A stretch of DNA of 17,803 nt from an uncultured archaeon (GTDB lineage Archaea > Asgardarchaeota > Lokiarchaeia > Sigyniarchaeales > SOKP01), in contig CAYUTF010000017.1 in assembly GCA_964447495.1 (NCBI GenBank), positions 1 through 17,803 on the forward strand, in the 5' to 3' direction. Made by a program: the position numbers and the translations under genes. This document shows positions 1-7,594 of this stretch, one piece after another; the stretch's first letter is position 1, and the number at the start of each line of letters is the position of its first letter. Below the pieces are notes generated by a model. That model was not told the origin of the DNA and did not search any database. It saw only the letters and a program-made list of their open reading frames with translations.

Positions 1-122
1 AAACTGGCTCTAAAAATCAATGCGCGATCCATTGGGATATTTTGAAAGATATGAAGCTCCCAGGATCGAAAGTTATTGCTGACGGAAAAGTCATTTATGA
101 AGAAGGAAAATGGAAAATTTAG
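1..122 (+). CDS. Aminopeptidase, peptidase M29 / aminopeptidase T family (C-terminal fragment, truncated by window edge)
   Basis: Frame from nt 3 reads TGSKNQCAIHWDILKDMKLPGSKVIADGKVIYEEGKWKI* (TAG 120-122). The N-x-x-A-I-H-W-D and DG..I...G pattern is the typical M29 C-terminus. Not in the ORF track. Confidence 0.8.
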   Translation, partial: TGSKNQCAIHWDILKDMKLPGSKVIADGKVIYEEGKWKI

Positions 123-261
123 GCTTGTGTTTGAACGATCTTTGTTTTACATAATAGAATTTTCTTTTGGATGATATTCAGAAGATCACTAAATGAATTC
201 AAGAGCAATTTTAGTCTTCTTCAATTAGTAGAAAAAAAAATATTTATTAGAATTCTTTATA

Positions 262-741
262 TCAATACCGAGTTACTACAAGACAGCTAGATCTCATGAA
301 ATTTCCTGCCTTTTCAGAAATAACCACTATACTAATATTATGAACTCCTGCGGATAATATTTGCGAATGTTGTAGAGCGACTGGAATGTATTGATAAGTT
401 TCATCCCCCTGATAGGGTCCCGCACGAGTAAAAGGATCAGTCAATCGTACTCCATCAATCCAAAAATAGAAGAGCATATCGGCAAAAATTGCTGGATCAG
501 GAAGAATTCTTGTGCTCGTAGTAAATAATATATGGACAGTAGAAGGCGCATCAAGAACCGCGATTACATACAAATCAGGAACATTTACATATTCTAAATA
601 TGGTGGGGTATATGTTGCTTCTTCATAATCATACCAGAATTCTGTTTTTCCTTGGTCTATCCATGTGAGCAGCCCAAAAGTTAAACCTCCAGCACCCAAT
701 AATAATGCAATTACTCCTAAAACTACTCCACTTTTCCCCAT
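262..741 (-). CDS. Hypothetical protein, N-terminal membrane anchor plus beta-rich extracellular domain
   Basis: ORF track 262..753 starts at TTG; ATG at 741 (MGKSGVVLGVIALLLGAGGLTFGLL) is the likelier start. One hydrophobic helix, then alternating beta-strand pattern. A T-tract follows on the minus strand (about 232-240). Confidence 0.7.
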   Translation of the reverse strand: MGKSGVVLGVIALLLGAGGLTFGLLTWIDQGKTEFWYDYEEATYTPPYLEYVNVPDLYVIAVLDAPSTVHILFTTSTRILPDPAIFADMLFYFWIDGVRLTDPFTRAGPYQGDETYQYIPVALQHSQILSAGVHNISIVVISEKAGNFMRSSCLVVTRY

Positions 742-1051
742 AAGATTTCTCAACTTCTTAATTTTTAAATGGTTTCGATTTTAAATTTATACCTAAATTT
801 TAATTGTATTTGTATATCAGCGTATAACTATAAAAATAGTTGCATAAAAATTAGGTTTCAAAAATTAATGCTTATAATATAGTTTTGAATGATTGTCATT
901 CATAGACTTGTAATTGAAATGATAGTAAATTTTTGCTTAAATTGTAAGTAAACAAAACCGATTAAAACCTACTAATTATTTTTGAAGTAATATTTTACCC
1001 GAATAATAGGACATTTTATATCCTAAATTATAAGTCTCAAAAAATTCGTAG

Positions 1052-1067
1052 AAAAAAATAAAAAAAA
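1052..1067 (-). terminator. Oligo-U terminator candidate for the histone gene
   Basis: A-rich tract on + (T-tract on -) about 60 nt downstream of the histone stop; archaeal termination uses U-tracts. Confidence 0.45.
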
Positions 1068-1124
1068 GAAATTTAAATTGCAATGAATAACGAACCCTTT
1101 ATTTATGGAAATCCTTCAAACTCT

Positions 1125-1337
1125 CTACTTGAAGTATTTAATGGCAAGTAGGATATCATCCTTTGTAACTTTCTTTCTTTTGCTGTGCTTGGTTAAGGTC
1201 AAGGCTCTTTTTGTGATCTTCTCGGCCGCTTGACCCATCCAATCAACAAGTTCATCAACTGCGTCTCTTGCGACGATAATTGCGCCATTATGCTTCATTA
1301 ATCTTCGAATAGGACTCCAACTTATATATTCAGACAT
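1125..1337 (-). CDS. Archaeal histone (HMf-like single histone fold)
   Basis: 70 aa, PIRRLMKHNGA..VARDA...HSKRKKVTKDDILLA matches the histone-fold pattern. SD GGAGG at 1349-1345. Confidence 0.93.
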   Translation of the reverse strand: MSEYISWSPIRRLMKHNGAIIVARDAVDELVDWMGQAAEKITKRALTLTKHSKRKKVTKDDILLAIKYFK

Positions 1338-1428
1338 ATTTATTCCTCCACTTTTTTAATTAATTGATATAACTAATACTAAATTGTTATTTTTTATGAG
1401 TTAGTTATATAGTTATATATCTTTCACA

Positions 1429-1445
1429 TATTTAAAGATTTTGCT
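1429..1445 (-). promoter_or_regulatory. Putative BRE/TATA promoter of the histone gene
   Basis: Minus strand TTTAAATA (1436-1429) preceded by purine-rich GCAAAATC. Confidence 0.4.
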
Positions 1446-1621
1446 AATTGCTTAAGGATATGAGGAACAAAATGAAAAAAAATAAAAAGTTTTGTCGGAG
1501 ATAGACTCTATGATCAATCTCGTGCAACTTCACATAATTTTACCGAATTTTTGATCTTTCTAATTTTTAGACCTTTATTGTAGATTATATTTTCGATTTT
1601 ATTCCAATTTATTATACTCGC

Positions 1622-1656
1622 TCAAATTTTTAGTAAATTCAAATTTTTAGTTAAAT
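1622..1656. repeat. Imperfect tandem duplication, 17/18 bp
   Basis: TCAAATTTTTAGTAAAT (1622-1638) is directly followed by TCAAATTTTTAGTTAAAT (1639-1656). Confidence 0.7.
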
Positions 1657-1795
1657 TCTGATATGATAGATCTGAATATTTTGTGAGTTTTATGAGTTGA
1701 TAAAATTAATTAAATCTTTTAAAAAGTCAAGCGAAAGTATATACATGTAAAAAATTAGAGCAATATAGTTAAATTCTCGTCAAATGACAATACTT

Positions 1796-2791
1796 TTATT
1801 TTTTCCAAACAGTTTGTTCGTATTTACAGTTAGGACATTCTAATTCCGCCCCTTTTTTTGGAAACTTTGGAAGGATGGCACCGCAATTCTTGCATTCTAA
1901 ATCAATTATTTGATCTACCGAGGTGATAACGTTATTAATAACCAAACGATTGAGAAATTCATTATAAAAGTTAGTGAGAAGTGAGATAAGAATGCTTGGT
2001 TCTCGAGAGGCACAGAGCCATTCGAGCTTATGAGCGTCAACCTGCCCAATTACGAGTATATCTTGTCCTGAAACGAGTTCTGTACCGAAATACCAGGCAA
2101 TCTTTTTTTCTTTTTGAGCGATTATTCTTTGAAAATTGAAATGTTCGACTGTTTGCTGAATGAGGGTAAAATAATAATCATCACCATAAGGTGTATCAAT
2201 TGCTATGCCAATACTTTTAATTGCTTTCTTTATACCTTCTCGATTTAAAAATTTGCTTACCTCTGATGTCGGTAATATTTTTCTTTCAATCATAATTGGA
2301 TCAAATTCAATAATAATCGGTTCAGAATCAAGAGCCCTGACAAAATCGGTATTATTAACAAAGGTGATAAATGCTCTTATTAACCCTTTCTCTTCTAATC
2401 GGGTGGGACTAAAAAAGAAGTTTACTTGTTCGTTCGATTTTTTCTCGATGGTTTCAAATTCTATCTTCGTTTGAAATTCGCCTTCTTCAATATCGAGAGA
2501 ATCAATGCTAACAGTAGGGGGGTTACTCCTTGCTAAAAACAGAAAGTCAGGATATCTTACTCTAATTTTAATTTCTGTAATGGGAGCAAGACTTTGATTT
2601 ATGATGAGTAAAGAAAACAGAAAGCTTGCTCCAAACGGTTTAAAATCATATACTAGCTTGATTTTATCTTCTTGATCTATATATTCTAGCGGTATATCTT
2701 CTTCTTTTTTGGCTTTTTGAGACTTATCTTCTCGAAATACAACTAATCCCTTGATATCTTTTCTATTTGGTTGTTTGTTCTCTTTAGTCAT
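1796..2791 (-). CDS. Hypothetical protein: Ig-like sandwich, alpha/beta platform-like domain and C-terminal zinc ribbon (adaptin/COP appendage-like)
   Basis: 331 aa ORF. C-terminal CKNC..CPNC is seen directly. The fold assignment is inferred from the residue pattern only. Confidence 0.6.
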   Translation of the reverse strand: MTKENKQPNRKDIKGLVVFREDKSQKAKKEEDIPLEYIDQEDKIKLVYDFKPFGASFLFSLLIINQSLAPITEIKIRVRYPDFLFLARSNPPTVSIDSLDIEEGEFQTKIEFETIEKKSNEQVNFFFSPTRLEEKGLIRAFITFVNNTDFVRALDSEPIIIEFDPIMIERKILPTSEVSKFLNREGIKKAIKSIGIAIDTPYGDDYYFTLIQQTVEHFNFQRIIAQKEKKIAWYFGTELVSGQDILVIGQVDAHKLEWLCASREPSILISLLTNFYNEFLNRLVINNVITSVDQIIDLECKNCGAILPKFPKKGAELECPNCKYEQTVWKK

Positions 2792-2917
2792 GTTATTTTC
2801 TGTTGGTTCACGAGATTTCGAGATCTAGTTATAATATAAACATAAAGTATTTTGCTATTTATTTTTATTTTTTCCTTATATTTTTTTTATCAATAATGAT
2901 TAGATCAATATATAAGT

Positions 2918-3631
2918 ATGAATATTTTAGAAGAATTGGATGAATTATTCGAAAGTAGGACAATTAAACCAAATTTCGATTATGTCCATATAATTTTATG
3001 TTTATATATTTTTGGGAAATATCCGCAAGGAATTGGAAGATATCGATTGGGAAAGGAGTTAGTATTAAGTTCTGGGACTGTCCGATCTCTTATGGAGAGA
3101 TTGAAAAAAGATAGTATCAATTTTATAGAAGTAGTGGATACTAGTTCAAAAAGGGAGGATGATACTAAGAAAAAAGGGCATATAATAACTAATAAAGGGT
3201 TAGAATTTCTTGCAAAAGTGAAAAAGAGAATCCCTTTAATTGAGAAAGGGGATTATTCAATCTTAAGGGATATTATCATTGAATCTGAAAACATTAGCAT
3301 ATATATATGTCTTGTTAAGGATGCAGAAAGCCGAGTTGGGAGCGGTGTGGAACAGAGAGACGCCGCAATACGAGTAAATGGGAAGGGTGCGACTTGTTTA
3401 ATTTTTGATGGGCAAAATTTAGTATTTCCTCCGTATGCATACCCTCATAATAACCAAAAGGAGATTAAAGTTAATAGAAAGATATTGCAATATTGTGTAA
3501 CCAAATTAGTTAATGTTAATCTACAGTTCCAAAAAGGGGATGTAATAATAATTGGATTAGGGGATGATTCTTATAAAGCTCGTTTAGCTGCTTTTAATGC
3601 TGCTTTAACCCTAATTGCGCATAAAGCTTAA
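2918..3631 (+). CDS. DUF4443-type winged-helix protein (putative transcription regulator)
   Basis: N-terminal HTH (IGRYRLGKELVLSSGTVRSLMERL) and C-terminal GVEQRDAAIR..GATCL motif characteristic of this archaeal family. Confidence 0.75.
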   Translation: MNILEELDELFESRTIKPNFDYVHIILCLYIFGKYPQGIGRYRLGKELVLSSGTVRSLMERLKKDSINFIEVVDTSSKREDDTKKKGHIITNKGLEFLAKVKKRIPLIEKGDYSILRDIIIESENISIYICLVKDAESRVGSGVEQRDAAIRVNGKGATCLIFDGQNLVFPPYAYPHNNQKEIKVNRKILQYCVTKLVNVNLQFQKGDVIIIGLGDDSYKARLAAFNAALTLIAHKA

Positions 3632-3644
3632 GTGGGTGATTAGA

Positions 3645-4160
3645 ATAGAATATCTGGAAGATATAAAATTAATTCTAGCTGCAAATTTCATTAAAAAGTT
3701 AAAATCTTGTGTTCAAGAAGCTTATCCAAATGAAGCGTGTGGAATTCTGTTTGGGAAAATAAATCAAATTAAGAATGATGAATTAGAAGATGATTATTTT
3801 TATCATTACATTGCTAAAGATTTTGATTGTATTAAATCAGATCAGAAATCTATGGTATCATTTTTAATTGAAAACATAGAAAAATTACATGAAATAATCC
3901 AAACAAAGATTATAGATTTAGAGGATGAAATGCGTTTGATCAGTATTTTTCACTCGCATCCTTCTGGAAATTATCCAAGCAGTACAGACATAAAAAATAT
4001 GAAATTTTTAGATGATTTTAGTAATATAGAACATAAATTTGTAAGTAAAGCTTTTAAAAGTTTAATCTGGTTAATAATGGACGGTTCTTCTTTTGAGATA
4101 AATGGATTTATATATTATAATTCGACTTTATATCAAATTGATGTAAAAGTTAGAGAATGA
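3645..4160 (+). CDS. JAMM/MPN+ (Mov34, M67) zinc metalloprotease
   Basis: YPNEACGILFG plus HSHPSGNYPSSTD metal motif. Start uncertain: TTG 3615 overlaps the upstream gene, GTG 3636 lies inside the SD, ATA 3645 is SD-positioned. Confidence 0.88.
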   Translation: MEYLEDIKLILAANFIKKLKSCVQEAYPNEACGILFGKINQIKNDELEDDYFYHYIAKDFDCIKSDQKSMVSFLIENIEKLHEIIQTKIIDLEDEMRLISIFHSHPSGNYPSSTDIKNMKFLDDFSNIEHKFVSKAFKSLIWLIMDGSSFEINGFIYYNSTLYQIDVKVRE

Positions 4161-4181
4161 AGACCATAGAATCCTATAGGT

Positions 4182-4823
4182 TTATTCTATTTGTTTAAAA
4201 CCATTCTTATCAATCGTACAGAGTTGTATCTTATATCCTGAGGCCGAATCTCGTTCCCGAGAGCTAGAAATAGCGGTTTTTATTAAATTTATACCTTGAG
4301 TCTTCGTAAGATTTGGTTTCCAATCTGCTTCTAAAACACCTAAGGAAAATGGAGAACCACTTCCAAATGAAATAAAGTTTTTTTCATCATATAAAGTCCC
4401 TAATAAATCGACTCCGTAGAGCACACCTTTAGATTCTTTCAATGAATATCCCCCGATAATCATCATGGCAAGGAAATACGATCGCCCGCTAAAAAGAATA
4501 TTTCTCGCGATACTTGCAATATATTTTGGTTCAGGAACCTTCTCATCTTCAACTTGTTTTAACTTTGAAAAAGCTTGTAACTGATTAATAATATATTGAC
4601 AATCAGCTACTCCTCCCGAAATTGTAGCACAAGTATAATCATTAATCTGAAACAGTTTTTGAGCGGTTTTCGAAGCGACCATATATCCTGCAGTCGCTTG
4701 AGATTCCGTGCCGACGACAACAGCATCTTTTACAATAATTCCTACTGTGGTTGTGCTAGATTTTATTATCTGTTCTAAATATTTTTCATCCAAATTATGA
4801 GTATCAGTATTATTTTCCATCAT
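4182..4823 (-). CDS. psmB: 20S proteasome beta subunit
   Basis: Propeptide then TTTVG. Thr1, Glu17, Lys33, GSG and RDSASG catalytic motifs are all present. Confidence 0.95.
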   Translation of the reverse strand: MMENNTDTHNLDEKYLEQIIKSSTTTVGIIVKDAVVVGTESQATAGYMVASKTAQKLFQINDYTCATISGGVADCQYIINQLQAFSKLKQVEDEKVPEPKYIASIARNILFSGRSYFLAMMIIGGYSLKESKGVLYGVDLLGTLYDEKNFISFGSGSPFSLGVLEADWKPNLTKTQGINLIKTAISSSRERDSASGYKIQLCTIDKNGFKQIE

Positions 4824-4998
4824 TTTCTTACATGAAATCTATGAATGATATTTTATTCGATATTAATTATGTTAAGTAAATTAATTAACTCTATATTTAT
4901 TTTTCTTTTAATATTTATAAACAATCAAACACAAAAATTTTAAAGATATCATATATTATCATTACTATCATTTTTTAGCTCTCAAGGGTTTTATTAGC

Positions 4999-5382
4999 AT
5001 GGCAAGAAGTCAAGCGAGAAGTAAAAGGAAATTTACCGGAAAAAAATATAAATATTTTCGTAAGAAAAGAAAAAGTGAACTTGAGCGACCTCCTATAGAG
5101 ACACAAATTGGTGAATTAAAAACCAAAAAACAGAGAACTTTAGGTGGAAATCATAAATTGAAGCTGTTTTCAACATCTTATATTAATTTAACTGATCCTA
5201 ACACCAACAAAACGTCCAAAGTAAAGATACTTCGATTTGAAAGCAATATTGCTTCAAAAGATTATAATAGAAGGCACATATTAACAAAAGGGACAATAGT
5301 TGAGACCGAATTAGGAAAAGCGAGAATCACTTCTAGACCAGGACAACATGGAGTTTTAAATGCTGTTGTCATTAGAGAATAA
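4999..5382 (+). CDS. rps8e: 30S ribosomal protein S8e
   Basis: RSKRKFTG..RKKRKSEL..RTLGGNHK..ILTKGTIVETELGKARITSRPGQHGVLNAV. Confidence 0.98.
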   Translation: MARSQARSKRKFTGKKYKYFRKKRKSELERPPIETQIGELKTKKQRTLGGNHKLKLFSTSYINLTDPNTNKTSKVKILRFESNIASKDYNRRHILTKGTIVETELGKARITSRPGQHGVLNAVVIRE

Positions 5383-5439
5383 AATCCATTGGTTTTTTAG
5401 TTTTAAAGACCAACTTTTAATAAATTGAACTTATATTCT

Positions 5440-5814
5440 TCAACATTCTTGAATTTTGATGTTTTTTACATTTGCTTTTTTCCCTTCGATAATTTCAGTG
5501 TTTTTGCTATGGCAAAATTTACATTGGAATAATTGAAGTCCTGTTAACTGAGATTCTTCATTTAAAGTAACTGTTGATTCTTTTCCACACTCCCTACATT
5601 TAATCTTTCCTGGTAAAATCTCGATTTTTAATTCAGCGCCTTCTGCTATCGATCCTGCTGTAGCCATTTTAAACGACTGCTTCAATAATTCAGGAACAAT
5701 TAAGGTTAGTTCTCCTATTTCAAGATAGACCTGTGAGATTTTTTTAGCATTATACTTTATAGCTGTAGCTTCAGCGATCTTGAAAATATCATAAGCAAAT
5801 GCAAACTCGTGCAT
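5440..5814 (-). CDS. hypA: Hydrogenase maturation nickel metallochaperone HypA
   Basis: N-terminal MHE Ni-binding motif, IGEL, two CxxC (CREC, CKFC), C-terminal IIEG. Confidence 0.93.
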   Translation of the reverse strand: MHEFAFAYDIFKIAEATAIKYNAKKISQVYLEIGELTLIVPELLKQSFKMATAGSIAEGAELKIEILPGKIKCRECGKESTVTLNEESQLTGLQLFQCKFCHSKNTEIIEGKKANVKNIKIQEC

Positions 5815-5827
5815 AATAATGGATATC

Positions 5828-6118
5828 CTATTTATTAACCTTTTTAATCTCTTTTGCGATTTCTATTAAAACCTTCGATTTTTTTTTGCCCTTAGTATCA
5901 ACTAAAAGCCTCCCAGCATCGTCCCACCATGATTTTGAGTATTTATAATTACTTTCTTGTTGAATATCATAACCAAGGCGTTTAGCAGCAGCAGTAATAT
6001 CGCTTAATTTTACTTTCTCAACCGCAAGTTTTTTTGGAACACGTCTTCCGTTTGCTCTGCTTCTTTTCGCATCAAAATATTGTGGCCAATAAATTATAAA
6101 TGGTTTACGAGATCGCAT
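5828..6118 (-). CDS. srp19: Signal recognition particle protein SRP19
   Basis: IIYWPQYFDAKRSRANGRRVPK..KYSKSWW..GR..KSKVL signature. Confidence 0.95.
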   Translation of the reverse strand: MRSRKPFIIYWPQYFDAKRSRANGRRVPKKLAVEKVKLSDITAAAKRLGYDIQQESNYKYSKSWWDDAGRLLVDTKGKKKSKVLIEIAKEIKKVNK

Positions 6119-6305
6119 TGTTATTCCATTCCAAAAATCATAGGTAAATAGTATATGATTAAGAACCCTTTAAATAATTTAAAAATTGTGAGACTCAATT
6201 ATAAAGATAATTAAAGATAAATAGAATTTATGATTTTTATTTATAATATCATTATTAGACATCTAGAGCTATCTTAACTTTCAATAAATTACTCCATTTC
6301 TTTTC

Positions 6306-6410
6306 GGGAGGGTAGTCTAGCTTGGTATGATACTTGGCTGGGGGCCAAGAGAGTTCTTACCTATGAGTAGGCTCTGGTACTGGTCGGGGGTTCAATTCCC
6401 CCCTCTCCCA
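6306..6410 (+). tRNA. tRNA-Pro(GGG) with a predicted 31-nt non-canonical intron (6350-6380)
   Basis: Acceptor GGGAGGG/CTCTCCC plus discriminator A. Anticodon stem CTTGG/CCAAG, loop CTGGGGG, anticodon 6340-6342. T arm GGGGG-TTCAATT-CCCCC. There are 36 nt between anticodon and T arms; removing 6350-6380 leaves the normal variable loop TGGTC. CCA is not encoded. Confidence 0.9.
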
Positions 6411-6503
6411 TTATATCTTTATATGATATCTTCATTTATTTCTAACATTGAGGAAGATTTAAATAAGTTGATTTGTTATAGGAGATATTGGGAGGTGTTT
6501 GAT

Positions 6504-6707
6504 ATATCCGATATTAAACAAGAGAAACCAAGACGATCTTGGACAATTTATGCATTTATATTAACAGTTATATTATTTGTAGTTATATTCCTCGATTTTG
6601 CTTGGAAGAGTTATATTCCTACACCAATTTCCCCAGTAGTAGATTTAATTAAATGGATCATTGTGGCATTAATTTTAATTTTTTTAATATTCCGAAATTC
6701 TGATTAA
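6504..6707 (+). CDS. Small membrane protein with two transmembrane helices
   Basis: The 3' part of track ORF 6327..6707 has two hydrophobic helices; its 5' part overlaps the tRNA and is spurious. SD GGAGGTG at 6491-6497. Start uncertain (ATA 6504, GTG 6495, TTG 6468, ATG 6423). Confidence 0.65.
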   Translation: MSDIKQEKPRRSWTIYAFILTVILFVVIFLDFAWKSYIPTPISPVVDLIKWIIVALILIFLIFRNSD

Positions 6708-6833
6708 GATCTTAGATTCTTAGGTTATCATTAGATAAAGTAAAAATGAATATAATTTACAAATTTATAATTGATTCTAAATTAGAATTCTTATCTTAAA
6801 ATCTATATTCATTAAAAAAGAGATGATAGAAAA

Positions 6834-7466
6834 ATGGTATTACTATTACATAATCCTCAAGCTACTGCGGATGCATTGAGTATTTTAAGAAGTGGAGATA
6901 ATTTTAATCTCTATGTCATTTTTATGTTGGTAGCGGTATTATATATCTATTTTAGTGAGGGAAAAAAGAAAAATTGGGGAGGGATCGCAGCAGGGTTATC
7001 TCTCTATATGATACATTGGTTTGTCGAGATCATTAATGCAATAATTCAACATGTAAGCGGGCATGCTTTATGGACTGTTCCCGCGGGAACAGCGTATTTA
7101 ATCTTTGTAGGGGTCGGCATAGAACTTAGCTTAATGTTTTCAATAGCAGGACTTGCGGTAAGTAAATTGCTCCCAGATGATCCAAAAGAAAAGATGTTTG
7201 GGATTCCAAAACCATTAGCCATAGGAATAGGAAATGCGGCTTTAGCTTCAATAATAGAGGTTTTTCTTGTCTATACTCAATCGTTTGTTTGGGTGTGGGA
7301 GTGGTGGAATGCATTTACGGTTTTCATATTCGTATATATCCCCTTTTTTGTTGTAGCATGTTATGCATATTATTGGAAACCAAAAAAGCAGAGAAATGTT
7401 ATTTTAATCATGGCAATAGTTGATGTGGTTCTGATAATTATCTTTGGGGCACTCGGTTGGATTTGA
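6834..7466 (+). CDS. Multi-pass membrane protein of unknown function
   Basis: 210 aa, about 6-7 hydrophobic segments with intramembrane polar residues (HWFVEIINA, GIELSLMF, IIEVFL). SD-like GAGATGA upstream, T-tract downstream. Confidence 0.8.
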   Translation: MVLLLHNPQATADALSILRSGDNFNLYVIFMLVAVLYIYFSEGKKKNWGGIAAGLSLYMIHWFVEIINAIIQHVSGHALWTVPAGTAYLIFVGVGIELSLMFSIAGLAVSKLLPDDPKEKMFGIPKPLAIGIGNAALASIIEVFLVYTQSFVWVWEWWNAFTVFIFVYIPFFVVACYAYYWKPKKQRNVILIMAIVDVVLIIIFGALGWI

Positions 7467-7476
7467 TCAAATTCAA

Positions 7477-7493
7477 TTTTTATTTTTTTTTTT
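7477..7493 (+). terminator. Oligo-U terminator candidate
   Basis: Long T run about 10 nt after the stop at 7466. Confidence 0.55.
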
Positions 7494-7594
7494 ATAATTT
7501 GTTTTACTGAACTGATAACACTTTGATATAAGGTTTTAAAAAGCTTTAATCTATTTCTTACTTAACAAAATAAACTTGAAAAAGTGATGCTCAA

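Noticed and set aside
1070-1124. Eukaryote-like histone mRNA 3' stem-loop
   Set aside because: No match to the 6-bp stem/4-nt loop consensus; only trivial pairing.
1460-1504. Micro-ORF MRNKMKKNKKFCRR
   Set aside because: 14 codons in A-rich DNA, expected by chance; no supporting evidence.
2205-2474. 89-aa ORF on +
   Set aside because: Antisense shadow inside the 331-aa gene; no motif.
4163-4181. Hairpin ACC-ATAG-aatc-CTAT-a-GGT between convergent JAMM and psmB
   Set aside because: Only 7 bp with a bulge; too weak to call a terminator.
4596-4778. 60-aa ORF on +
   Set aside because: Antisense to psmB.
6350-6380. C/D box guide RNA inside the tRNA intron
   Set aside because: No RUGAUGA or CUGA boxes, and the intron is too short.
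6327-6494. N-terminal half of track ORF 6327..6707
   Set aside because: It starts inside and overlaps tRNA-Pro; only the downstream hydrophobic part looks coding.
7126-7314. 62-aa ORF on -
   Set aside because: Antisense to the 210-aa membrane protein gene.
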